A stretch of DNA of 64,000 nt from Lama guanicoe. Taxonomy: Eukaryota. The translations under genes were made by a program, and so were the position numbers. Below are positions 1-12,229 of the stretch, piece after piece. The number at the start of each line of letters is the position of its first letter. The first letter of the stretch is position 1. Where the stretch lies: positions 1,083,103 through 1,147,102 of the forward strand of contig MU053520.1 of the NCBI GenBank assembly GCA_013239625.1, in the 5' to 3' direction. The notes beneath the pieces were generated by a model. The model was not told where the DNA came from. It made no database searches and saw only the letters and a program-made list of their open reading frames with translations.

Positions 1-3000
1 CCTGAGTATGTGGTCTATCCTAGAGAATGTTTCATGCACACTTGAAAAGAATATATATTCTGTTTTGGGGGATGTAATGTTCTAAAAATATCAATTAATC
101 AAACTGTTCTATTGTCTCATTTAGTATCTTCATTGCCTTATTGATTTTCTGCCTGGAAGACCTGTCCAGTGATGTTAGTGGGATGTTAAAAATCTCCTAC
201 TATTATTGTATTCTCATCAATTTCTCCCTTTATGTCTATTAGTATTTGTTTTATATATGTGAGTGCTCCTATATTGGGTGCATACATGTTAATGGATGTA
301 ATATCCTCATCTTTATCTTTCATTATAGCCTTTGTTTTAAGGTCTATTTTGTCTGATATGAGTATTACTACTCCCACTTTCTTGTCATTTCCTTTTGCAT
401 GAATATCTTTTTCCATCTTCTCACTTTCACTTTCAATCTACATGTGTCCTTCACTCTAAAGTGGGTCTCTTGCAGACAGCATGTTGTAGGCTTTTGTTTT
501 ATTATCTAGCCTGCCAGTCTATGCCTTATGATTGGCGCTTTTATTTCACTGACATTTACAGTAATTATTGACAGATGTGAGTTTATTGCCATTTATAACT
601 TTGTTTTCTAGTTGATTTGATATTTCTTCTTTGTTCCTTTCTTTTACTTTTTTTTTCTTTTGTGGTTTGATCATTTTCTTTTGTATTATCTTGGTTTCTT
701 TTTGGTTTTTGTGAATCTATTGTATAGTTTAGATTTGTGGTTACCTTGTTTTTCAAGTATGGTTACCCATTACTACATCTGTTTGCTTTGGACTAGTAGT
801 CATGTAGGCTCAAACACATCCTAAAAAGAACACAAAAAAAGAGAGAGAGTGAATCTATATTTTCTTATTTCTATTTCCTACCTTTTATAATTTTGATGTC
901 CTTTTTTTTAACATCTTCATGTTTATATTCTTGCAATTCACTGAAGCTATCACATTTCCAATTATGGCTTTCTCATTTTTATAGCTTCCTATTTCTTTTC
1001 TATTTAGAGTAGATCTTTCAGTATTTCTTTCAGTATAGGTTTAGTATTTCTGAATTCTTTTAGATTTTGCTTGTCTGTGAAATTCTTTACCTCTCCTGCT
1101 AGTCTAAAGGATAGTCATGCTGGATAGAGTATCTTAGGTTGCAGCTTTTCCCAGTTAAGACTCTGAATATATCTTGCCATTCCCTTCTGGCCTGCAGTGT
1201 TTGTGTAGAGAAATTAGCTGAAAGCTTTATGGGGGTTTCCTTGTAACTAACTCTTTGTTTTTCTCTTGCTGCCTTTAGAATCATTTATATTTAACATTGG
1301 TCATCTTAATTGTTATATGTCTTGGTGTAGGTCTGTTTGAGTTCTTGTTTGGGACCCTCTGTGCTTCCTGTTCTTGTGTAACTGTTTCCTTGTTTATGTT
1401 TGGAAAGTTTTCAGTCATGATTTCTTCAAATCCCTTTTCAACACCCTTTTCTCTTTTACCGCCTTTGAGACCCCTATTGTACATAGGTTGGCATGCTTTA
1501 TATTATTCCCTAGGTTCCTTATATTGTTTTCATTGGTTTTTACTTGTTTTGCTGTCTGCTGTTCTGATTGGTTAACATCTGTTATCTTGTCTTCTTTATT
1601 TCTCTGCATTATCTAATCTGCTTTTGATTGCCTTTAGCTTGGTTCTTATCTCAACCATTGAGTTTTCTGTTTTTAATTGGTTCCTCTTTATAGTTTCTGT
1701 TTCCTTTTTATAGTATTCTCTGTCTCTATTCACAATCTCTTATTTCCTTCAGTGTTTTTATCACCCCCTTTTTGAAGTTATGATCTAATAAACTGCTGAG
1801 GTCTATCTTATTGTTCAATATTTCAGGTGATATCTCATGGTGTGGTTCCTTTGCTTCTTCATTTAACTTATATTTCTCTGGCTCTATGGATTTAGGAGTA
1901 TAGTTACCTACTGTGGTCTTGAAGGGATGTTTTGTTTATTTGTTTTTTGTCTGCTTTTATTTAAAGTGGGAGAATTCCTGCATAAACTCTGTGCATCTAA
2001 TAGTTTTGTTGTGATGGTGGTTCTTAGTATGGATGTTTGCCATGTCTTTCTACCATGCGAGTTGGCTGTTACCCTTTGATTGGGGTTATGGTTGGTGTTG
2101 TGATGATCAGAGCCTTCCCTGATTTTTGTTGTTGAGTGGGGCCTCCTTTTTTGTTCTGAGGTTGTCACTGCCTTGACAGCAGCTAAGTCTGCTCCCTTCT
2201 TGCTGGAATAGAGTCTTCTAGACCAGTTTCTGAGCTGTGATGTGTAGTCAGCAGGGTTGGAGTGCTTAATCTGGGAAGAAGAGTCACTGAGTATACATCT
2301 GTAGGAGATATCCACTGTGGTGGTTGTCTGTTACTTGTTATGTGGGCTTACAAAGTACTCTTTGTTGATGCTTCCTTTATTTTTTCCTTTAACTGTGAGA
2401 ATGTCAGCCACCTGCTCTGGTGTCCTCCAGGTTCTGGGCTCCCAGAACCATCAGTGCATATCCACTAATGTCAGACACTACGACCTGCTATAGCAAGTGT
2501 GCTGTCACACACCTGAATCTGTGGTGTACTACAGGGTTAGTGCAGACTCTAGCCCTATCTCTGTGTACAGCATGGTATGCCAGCCTGTTGTAAATACCTG
2601 TACTCACCCCCACAGTGTGTCTGAACTCTGTTTATTGCCTGTTTGTCCTAGAGGCACAGGTTCACAAAGGCACCTGTGGATCTAATCCTTCCTCTCTGCC
2701 TGGAACTTTAAACAAATCTGAGTCCTGTCTGTGAAGTTTCAGGGCCCCTGGGTATCGATTCAGCTTTCAGCACTCCCTCCACACAGCAGCAATGGCCATG
2801 ACCAAGCCCCACCTCTTCTCACAAGTACACACCAAAAATGGAGCCAAGCAGAGACAGCTGGTATCATGTGGCTGCATTAAACCCCCTCCCCTACACACAC
2901 TAGCAGTGTTGCTTTTTTATGGGAGTCCCAGGCTGTTTCGTTCTGCATACACCCATAGGCAAATGTCACACCACCCTGCAGTCCCCTGAGGCTGCCTCTG

Positions 3001-3466
3001 TGCAGTGGGTCACAGCCTTCTCCCTAGGCTTTTCACCCATCTCCAGCAGCCAGTCCCAGCTTGTCCCTGCCACCTCACATCTAGGGCTGGGGATCACAGG
3101 GACCCTCCATGCCAGTTCCTCTTAGTTCTGTCTGCCACGTGGCTGCCGCTTTCTCCTCTGAGCCTCAGAAACTCCACATTGTCACTACTGAGTTCCCAGC
3201 TGGAGGGGATGGTCCCAGCAGGAGGCTACCTTTCTTCCCCTGTCACTCCCTCCCTGCAGGACTGGTCCCACCCCAATTTTCTTATTCTTTTTTCTTTTTT
3301 TCTCTTAACAGATTTTGAGAATCCTTCTATATTTTGAAGGAAGAGACTCTCTGCCAGAGTTCAGTTGGTATCTGTACATAGTGGGTACATGGATGTAATT
3401 ATTGGTGAATTTGCAGGAGAGGGCAAGCTGTGACTCTCTCTACTCCAACATCTTGGCACCTCCCTG
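1..3466 (-). mobile_element. LINE-1, 5' part (5'UTR, decayed ORF1, start of ORF2 endonuclease); continues beyond the window's left edge
   Basis: Minus-strand ORF 186-416 (ILISDKID...NMYAPNIGA...IIVGDF) matches the L1 APE endonuclease. ORFs 1099-1609 (ILKAAREK, TLQARREWQDIF, ENFPN, RPTPRHI) match L1 ORF1, split by frameshifts. The reverse complement near 3466 reads gggaggtgccaagatgttggagtag, a typical L1 5' terminus. Confidence 0.95.
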
Positions 3467-3611
3467 ACAAAAGAAACTCGATGAAGTAAAGTTCTTCTTG
3501 GGAAAGAACATGAGTTGACTTTAAGGAGTTGGTGAGACATCTTGGTTAAGTTGCGCAAGCAATTAAATATGTACTTCTGAGGTCTAGGAAAGAGAAGGAT
3601 GAATTAGAGTG

Positions 3612-4097
3612 TGTGGTAAACAGAATAACAAACATTTAGTGATGCCCACAGCCTAGTGGCTGAAACCAGAAAATATGTTAGATTGAAGGGCAAAAGTCAA
3701 TTAAGTTTGGAGATGTAATTAAGGTTGGTAATCAGCTGAACTTTAAATACGGAGATTATTCTGGATCACATGGGTGGGTTCAATGTAATTATAATGGTCT
3801 TTAATGATAAAGGAAGTTGTTGGAGTGATGTGGTATGAAAAGGACCCAACCATCCATTGCAGGCTTTAAGGAAAAGGAAGGGGATACAAGCCAAAGGAAT
3901 GTGGGGTTTTTCAAAGCTGGAAAAGGATTCATTCCCTAGTGCTTTCATAAAGGTGAACAGTGGCCAACAGTTAGATTTAGCTCAGTGAAACCTGGATCAG
4001 GCATCTAACATAGAGAACTTGTCAGATCATAAATATCTGCTCTCTAAACCACTGAATCCATGGTGATTTTTTATAGTGGCAATAGAAAACTAAAACA
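3612..4097 (+). mobile_element. ERVL-MaLR solo LTR (MLT1D-like)
   Basis: tgtggtaaacagaataac start, ggagattattctggat...gggtgggttcaatgtaat core and gcaatagaaaactaaaaca end match MLT1 LTR architecture. Confidence 0.85.
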
Positions 4098-6327
4098 ACG
4101 TATTTTTGGAAAACTGGGTGACATACTGGTCAGAAATGGTGTGACTTCTTCCTGAAAGTGACATGTGAAACAAATGTGATTGTGGCCCATAGAAAAAGCA
4201 GGAGCATTGGCAAGCCCTTCACATGAATATACAGATTTTTTATTTTAGGACTGATTATTGGAAGCTTAGGAGCATACAGATTACTTAATTTGCTATATAA
4301 TATCACACTATGCCAAAAATGAAGTCATAAAAATTTATCTTAAGTCATTCCAGGATTCTCCTGCCCCCAAGTCATCATGCATGGACTTATGAGATAAAGA
4401 ATTCCATCTGGTGGAGGAGGAGAAATTGACAAACATAGACATTTTAAGTAACTACTGAAATAGGAAATATAGGAAAAATGTCAATCTTCTTCTCTCTAGA
4501 AACTGGCACTCTACTTTCTGGAAACACTCAGTTTTTCTAAGGTCTCACAGCCTCCATCATGGGCTGCCTTTTTGTCCCAGGGATGGCACTGGTCCAGGGT
4601 GCAGAAGGAAAAGTGGGATTATTTCCAGTTTCATTGGACACAGAAAACATCTCAACAAATTATACCTCCCTACAGACTCAGGTCCACTGAGGGTCATTTC
4701 TCAAGTTATTGCTGGTCACTGCCTAGATCTGCTATAAATCTGCCCCCTCGGCAGGGTATTGTTTACTCCAGATGGGCATCACTGGGACAGAGACTATGGT
4801 ATATGGGGGCAGGCACTCATCTTTTTTAATATCTCAGATATTTTATTTCCCACAGAACCAAGCTATGTCAGAATGTCAGATTTCTCTGCAAAGTAGAAAT
4901 GAAAGACACATTTAAAACTATTTAATATGTCCCCCTCAACGTTATAAGAAAAAAGAGAGAACAAAAATCTTATTTTTGTAAGTCCCTTTATTAACAAATC
5001 TCAGTTCTTAGCCTTATTTTCTTTATCTCTAGAAGGGAAACACATTTTTCTTTTTCAAACCAACACAGAATAAATCTCTACCCTACTTTTATTTACTCCC
5101 TCACCACAATATCTTCAAGACACAGCCCTACCTCAGCTCAAGGATGAGGCCAAATGTAAAGCAAGTCTAAGTTATTGGCCAGTACTTATACCCCAGGAGG
5201 TGACAGGAGAAGGAAGGGGATCTAAGGCTTCAGCCGAACTGCCCAGGGTGAGTGTTAGCAAACAAAGCTCTGCCAACTTTGAAGCGCAGATTGAAGAGTT
5301 TTTCTGCTTTTCCAATGGGTAAATATTTCATTAAACATAAAACATAAAATTAGCTCTTGTATAGCAAATGTTAATTCTCAGTGACTGTGCAATTTGAGTC
5401 CAGAAAAAAAACAATTTTTATAAATGCCACAGATTTACTCAGACTCTTGTTCACAATAGGAATCATAGTTTAGATTATCATACAGAGAACTCTCCAACAC
5501 CGGCAAGCACACTTCTCTGGATCTCTTTGTTAACTTCCTGGATTTGAGGCTAGGCTCAGAGACCCATTGGTGTAAGGATGTTTATCCACTGATGCTTCCA
5601 TAAATACTGGGCAAAAGTTTGCCAATTAAATTGTTTTCTTCTTAGGTCGTATAAATTTCTGGTCAACAACCCCATACTAACCTGACTTAGGGGAGGGTGT
5701 ATGTGAGAATATTGTATATAATCTCTCAAATTCTGTGGGTAAATACTCTTTTAGATAAAAATAGAATGCTAACAATTTTTCCTGATGAGTAGTTTGCTTA
5801 TATTCAGAAATCATGACAACAACTGGCCACGAAGGAGGGTTCAGTGGGCAAGAAACACATCAAGGAGCTTGAAAGGCTGCTTCCAACTGCTTCCCCATCC
5901 TTACTGGAAATCCTTATGAGCCTCAGTAAAGGGTGGATCCATTTAAGGCTTCCTTCTTGCTCTTTTCTGGGCTATGTGAACTATGATTGCAATTATCTTG
6001 GACATTGATGTTGTAAGTCTGTGAGAGCTAATGGTTGCCTAGTATAAGCACTCATAAGATACGCTAAAACTGACAGCTTTGATGTAATCAACTCCATGCA
6101 GCTGCCACCTTGTAGAGCTGTAGTTCTGAACATAGAGCATCTGGAGCTACACTTTAATTGGCAGTTGCACAGTTGTTTGTAACATTTCTAGCTATGTTAA
6201 TCATAGCTGCAATGATGCTTATCAGAAAGCCGTGCTAGAGAGGCCAATTCATGAGTATCAACAGTTGTTGACTTAGAAGGTTACACTGTATATTTCCTTA
6301 CTTAGCTTCATATAAAGAAAAGTTAAA

Positions 6328-6700
6328 ATCCTGTGTGATGTCACTTATATGTGGAGTCAAAAAATAAATAAAATGAATATATATGAAAAATAGAAATGGT
6401 CTCAGAGATATAGAAAACAAAATGGTGGTTACCAAAGGGGAGAGGAAAGGGGGGAGGAGTGAATTAGTGGTATGGGATTAAGAGAGACAAATTACTATCT
6501 ATAACACAGATAAGAAGCAAGGATATATAGTATTGCACAGGGAAGTATGTCCATTATCTTGTAATAACTTTTAATGGAGTATAATCAGTAAAAACACTGA
6601 ATCACTATGCTGTACACCTGAAATTAAAATAGTGTTGTAAATCAACTATACTTTAATTTTTAAAAGGGGGGAAAAAGAAAAATCAAAAGCAAAAAAAAGA
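6328..6700 (+). mobile_element. 5'-truncated LINE-1 3'UTR (artiodactyl-type) with A-rich tail
   Basis: cacttatatgtgga...ggttaccaaagggg...gaatcactatgctgtacacctgaaa...aaatcaactatact followed by an A-rich tail. aaagttaa occurs on both sides (probable TSD remnant). Confidence 0.9.
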
Positions 6701-8416
6701 GTAAAGTTAATAAGAATTTTAAATGATCAATCTCTAAGCACGTTTGAGTCCAGAAGCATTAACAGATCATTTCCTGAAATATACAACTAAGCCACTCAAA
6801 ATAAGGGTCTATTACTCTGTTGTAGGAATTTTTATCAAGAAAGGAAATGTGTTTATAGTATACTCTTTGGCACAACAGGAAAATAACATTCATAATAATA
6901 TAGAAACTGGCTTTTATACAACAAAATATTGAAAGGTAACTACATTGAAAAAAACAGAAAAGAGAAATTCAGCATAGAGGTGGATAAAGGAGCTGAATAT
7001 TTACCCATATTTTTACAAATGGACTGTAAGTTCTGAATAATACCAAATTAATAATATCTAAAAATGGTGAATCAAGAAATCACAGTACAGGTATATTACT
7101 TAGAAGAAAAAATAGAGTAAATACAAGAAGAAACAGCAAAATTAAACTCACAAAGTGAATGGGTATCAGTCAGCTTTGGGGAGTGGGCTTGTGAAGTGGT
7201 GTGGGAAAGGGTTTTAATTCATTACAAACCTTTTAAAATTATTTGTCTTTTTGATCATGTGTATCATTTACTCTGAAAAAAAAAGATTTAATCTGAAAGT
7301 CAATTTAAGTTTCCCTCTTAATTTCAGTAATAAATCCAAGTCAGAGACAGTAACAGGCTAAAAATCAATTATGGAATTGGATGTTTCTGGGAACAAATAT
7401 TTTGATATATTAGCCACTCAGGGCTCTCTCACTACATTTTTCATGAAAAAGTCTGAAGTCCTCCCTGTGCCCTTTGACCCGTTCTATTCTCATGGTCAGA
7501 ATTTGCCATCTTCCCTCTCCTTTTATTCCTAACCCAAATTCTGCCTACATTTTCAAGAACAGCTGAAATATCTCACCTACAAAGTGTTTTTGGTTTTCAT
7601 CCCCTCTTTAATGATGTATCTTTAATGATGCTGGTGTGGGACAATGACGTTTGCTAAGTCCTTTTCATATTATATTACTCCATTTACTCTTCATTCTGAC
7701 CAGTCATTTATTTGTCAATGCAGCACAGTTACTGAGTTTCTGCTCTGTCAGTCACCCAGACAAGAATTAGTGTGAAAATGTCAACAACAGAGACAGGTTT
7801 ACTGGCCTCATAGAGCTTCATGTTTTCTGGGGGAGACAAACAAACAGAAGGCATGTGTTAAAAATATTTGTCCTGTTTGTAGTTATTTAACCTTGTGGAT
7901 GGGATGAAATCAATGAAGCAGAATTTCAAGTTTAGAATCTGTCATGAATATTGCAGCTTAAAAAATATATATAATGAATCAAAAATTCAGCCATAACAGC
8001 ATGATTATTTATCAATGAGGTTAACGTAGCTGGACCTAGTCTTCCTCCCTTCTGCTCTTTTCATTCCCTCTCTACGTCAGATAACACAGTCAATCAACCA
8101 ATAGCATGAAGTTGCTTCACTGCCCCTGCTCTGAGCTACAGGAATGAGCTGGGGTAGGTGTGCTGTAAATGCCCAGGGCTTATTCACAGACTGAGGCTTC
8201 TGTGATTAATTTTACTTCCGTCCTCATGTGCTGGTTCCCTTTTGGTGTTTCAGTTTCCCCTCTCTGGAAAAGAAAGATGACAATCTTGCAACTGTGCCCG
8301 ATGTCACTGGGGAATCCTATCACTTTTACTGTACGTACATCAATTCCTAAAAGCAAAAAAAGTTTGAATCCCTGAGCTGAGACTCTCTAACTCAGTTCCT
8401 CTCACTGTGCTGATTC

Positions 8417-8878
8417 TGTTGCTGAAGAATAGGTTCTTGTCTCATGCAGGAATGAATTCAAGAGCAGGGCTTAGTGAAGTGAGAGATTTATTCAGGATGA
8501 TCCACACTCCACAGAGTGTGGGCTGTCTGAGAAGGTAAGAGAGGCAGCCTCAAAGTGTTGGGTTGTTAGCTTTTAAGAACTTGGTTATTTCATTTGCTAA
8601 GGACTGAGAGAACTATTCCAACTATTTGGGGGAAGGAACAGGAATTTCTAAGAATTGGGCCCTGCCCACTTTTTGGCCTTTTTCAGTCAGCCTAGGAACT
8701 GTTATGGCACACGTGGGTGTACCATTTAGCATGTTAATGTATTAAAATTAGCCTATAATGAGGCTCAAGGTCCACCTTGGAAGTCGAATCTTCCACCATC
8801 TTACCAGCTTATGTCCTATCCTCAATTTCTGTCTCATTCTTTTAATGGTTGTGCCCTGCCCCCTTCCCTCCAGTCTCA
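8417..8878 (-). mobile_element. ERV1-class solo LTR
   Basis: TG...CA termini flanked by a perfect 4-bp TSD attc (8413-8416 and 8879-8882). tttatt near 8489 is a minus-strand polyA signal. Confidence 0.88.
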
Positions 8879-9997
8879 ATTCTGTCCTTCCATGCAACCT
8901 TATTCTATCCCTCAATGAATCCCAATAGAGTGCCAGTCTTTAAGATCAGTGAAAAGATCTTCATTTATCTTCCTATCTCCATGGTAAGCAGCACAGAGTC
9001 CTGCATATATAGTTGCTCTATAAATGTTTACTGAAATTAAATATCCACTACAGCCTTTTTATAAAAGCATTCTCTCTGAAACTGGAACTACAACAATTTC
9101 TTTCTGTTCCATTGTGACTTAAATATATTTCACATTTTTCTCAGAAACTACTCGTACCATTTTTAGGCAGACTGAAACTTGTAAAAGTCATGCTCCCTAT
9201 GCCAGCACCATAAGAGAAATAAGTCAGAAGGCAAGAAAAATACCACTTTAAAAATTCCTTTGGTTCTCTAGGGTTTACACAAAAATGAGACATAAATTAT
9301 TGATCATGAAAAATCCACATGGGCATTTGCTTTTCTACAGCAGCTGAGGCACAAGCCTATGTAAGATCGCCCAAGTAACCTGAGACTGGTGAAACAGAAC
9401 ATTTTGTGCTAAGAGTGAGCCATGGAGCTATGTCCAGGCTTGAGAAATAAGCAAAGGTATTACAGAGTAAAATTCTAAAACCTTAGTGAGAGAATCCTAA
9501 AGAAAAAAGGGCAATATTTAGAAATAATGAATACTTTGTATGTCCAGTTTAATATGCATTTATTCCATCACCCATTCATTCAACAAATATTTATTGGGTG
9601 CTACAGACAATGTGATGATGATGAAGATTAAATTTAAGAGTGCATAACCTAAGGGAAAAGGCCATATTGAAAACCCTACAAAGAAAGAGCTATTCTCTGA
9701 AATACTCAAAAGTAAAAATAATTACCTGAACTTGAGTATAATCTTTAATTTTTCTGTTTTTAGAAATGATTGATTCTTTTTTTTTACAACTTTATTGAAG
9801 TTTAATTGGCATACAAAAACTTCACGAATTTAATTTGTACCATGTGAGACATTTTGACATATGTCTACCTCCCTGAAACCAATATTATAATCAAGAATTT
9901 ACTAGTGATGCTTCTGGGTCTGGAATGTTCCAGTTGTGAAGGTTCTTAAGTACAAACTCAGTTTCAAACATATATATTTAACTTATCTGTTTTTCTG

Positions 9998-10460
9998 CCA
10001 GCTTTTATTGAGGTGTAAATGACAAAAGTGCCATGTATTTAAAATGTGCAACGTCATGACTTGATATACATATACATTGTGAAATAATTTCCACGTGATC
10101 ACTAATTAGCACGTCTATCACCATAAATAGTTACTTGTTTTGTTTTGGTTTTGTTTTGTTTTGTTTTGTTTTCTGGTCAGAATGCTTAAGATTTATTCTC
10201 TTAGCAAATTTCAATTAGAGTATTATTAACTGTAGTCAACATGCTGCACAATAGAGCTTTAGAATTTACTCGAACACTTTGACCAACAACTTTTCATTTC
10301 CCCCATTCCTCAACCCCTGGCAACCACCCTTCTACTGTACTAAGTTCAATTTTACTTTTCTTTTTTTTTTTTAATTTTTTGAGGTTCCACATATAAGTGG
10401 TACCATAAAATATTTGTCTTTATCTGGCTTATCTCCCTGAGCATAACCTCCTCCAGGTTG
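9998..10460 (-). mobile_element. LINE-1 3' end (L1MA9-like) nested in the older L1, carrying a (TTTTG)n tract at ~10135-10172
   Basis: gctttttattgagg...gatatacatatacattgtgaaat...cttaagatttattctcttagcaaatttcaa...ttccacatataagtg. Confidence 0.85.
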
Positions 10461-11230
10461 TCTCTGTCTTTCAAGGAATTTTCCAATTCATCTAAGTTGT
10501 CAAATTTGTTGATGTAAAGCTGTTTATAATGTTTCCCTGGGATTATTTTAATATATATAGAATCTGTAGTGATAGCACCTTTCTCTTTCCTAATATTTAG
10601 TAACTTGTGTTTCCTCTTATTTTTTGCTAATCTGTCTGAGTTTCTAAATGTTATTGGTCTTCTCAAAGAAACCCTTTTTAACTTCATTGATTTTTTTCTG
10701 TATTGTTTCTATCTTATTGGCTGCATTGATTTCTTTTCAAATTTCCTTTCTACTGCTTACTTTGAATTCAGTTTTCCCTACATTTTCTGGTTTCTTCAAA
10801 TGGAAGCTCAGGTCATTTAAAAGCTTCCTTTTTCAATAGAGGCCTTTAGTGCTATAAATGTCTTTGTACATCATACTTTATCAGCAGCTCACAAATTTTG
10901 ATGTCTTACTTTCCATTTCATTCATTTCAAAATACTCTGTATTTCCCTTTGATTTATCTTTGACCCATGGATTATTTAGATATGTGCTGTTTAGTTTCCA
11001 AATATTTGGGCATTTCTTCAATATATTTTGGTTGTTGGTTTTCATACTCTGTATGATTTAAATCCTTTTAAACTGAATGAGACTCATTTTATGGCTCTGA
11101 GTCTGGTCCACATTCGTAAATATTCCATGTGCCCTTGAAAATTATGCACATTGTGCTTTTGTTTAGTGGAGGGTTCACATTTTTGGTGTTTTGTTTTGTT
11201 TTTATCTGTGTGTTTCATTTTGGATAGTTT

Positions 11231-12229
11231 TGTTCATGAAGAGAGAGAGATCCCCCCCACCCCTCCAAATTAGAAAGCCCACCAAAAGAGTGTGTCCTTG
11301 CCTGTTGGCTGGGAAAGAATTCTCAGCAGAGGCAGAAAACAAAGTGAAAAGCTGCTTTAATACTCAGAAGAGGAAAAGGAGAAAAAGTGCTCAGGCTGAG
11401 AGCTGTCAGCCTAGGTGGCCGGGCAAGACAGCTCCACTTTCTAATCAGTCTTCACGGCTTTTATTGGAGGGTTCTGTCATCATATGTTCATTCTGGTGGT
11501 GCTGAATCCAATCAACTTTTCCCTATTATGGGCTTTTTTTCCCCCTCTTTTGCTGAGCTCAGACCTAGAACAGAAACTTTGGAGGGAAAGGGACAAGAAA
11601 GAAATGCTGGGCTTGTCCTTGGGGTCAAGGCACCGGCTGCAGAATGTAAAGCATCATGTTATACGGCTGTGTCCTTGGAATCAAGGAGTCAGCTGTGAAA
11701 TAAGAAAAACATTTTGTGTTTCAATGGCTTAAAGCTTGTTTTTTTTTTTTTTCTCTCTTTACAGCTTCCTCCAAAAACTCAGATAAGAGCAACTGGTCTT
11801 CATTCAAGGATGGGGCAAGGGTATGATTTTGGGACAGCAGTCTTGGTGAAAAAAAGGAAAAGTTGCTTTTAATCAGAAGGCCAGCAATCTGGTGGACTCA
11901 GTGTCCCCCAAAATCATCTCTGAAGATTCTGCTCAGTCATGAAAGTTTTAAAGGGAAATGGGGAAGTGATCTCAGTTAATCATTGAGACAGGGAGTCAGA
12001 GTCATCGCTATACCTCACTGCATGCAGACTTCTTGTGCAGGCTAGATATTACCTTGCTCACACAGTTTGAAAGATTACTGAAGGGAGATCTGGTCTGTGA
12101 CTCAGTCGTCCTAATCATCAGCTGCTTGAGCCTGCTCTTTTATGACTCAGGAAGGTTTAGGAGACTTCACCGTTTTTATAAACAAGAGGGAGGAGTGATG
12201 GGGAGCCCACATGGTCCTGCTCAGTTTCA
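11231..12229 (-). mobile_element. ERV1 solo LTR (MER41-like), host of a nested LTR
   Basis: TSD gttt at 11227-11230 and 12230-12233. It ends ggtcctgctcagtttca, like the LTR at 51375-51983. The flanks rejoin as continuous L1 ORF1 sequence (ttttggatagtttctact). Confidence 0.82.
11237..11802 (-). mobile_element. ERV1-class solo LTR nested in the 11231-12229 LTR
   Basis: Inverted termini tgaaga...tcttca and a perfect TSD ttca at 11233-11236 and 11803-11806. Confidence 0.88.
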
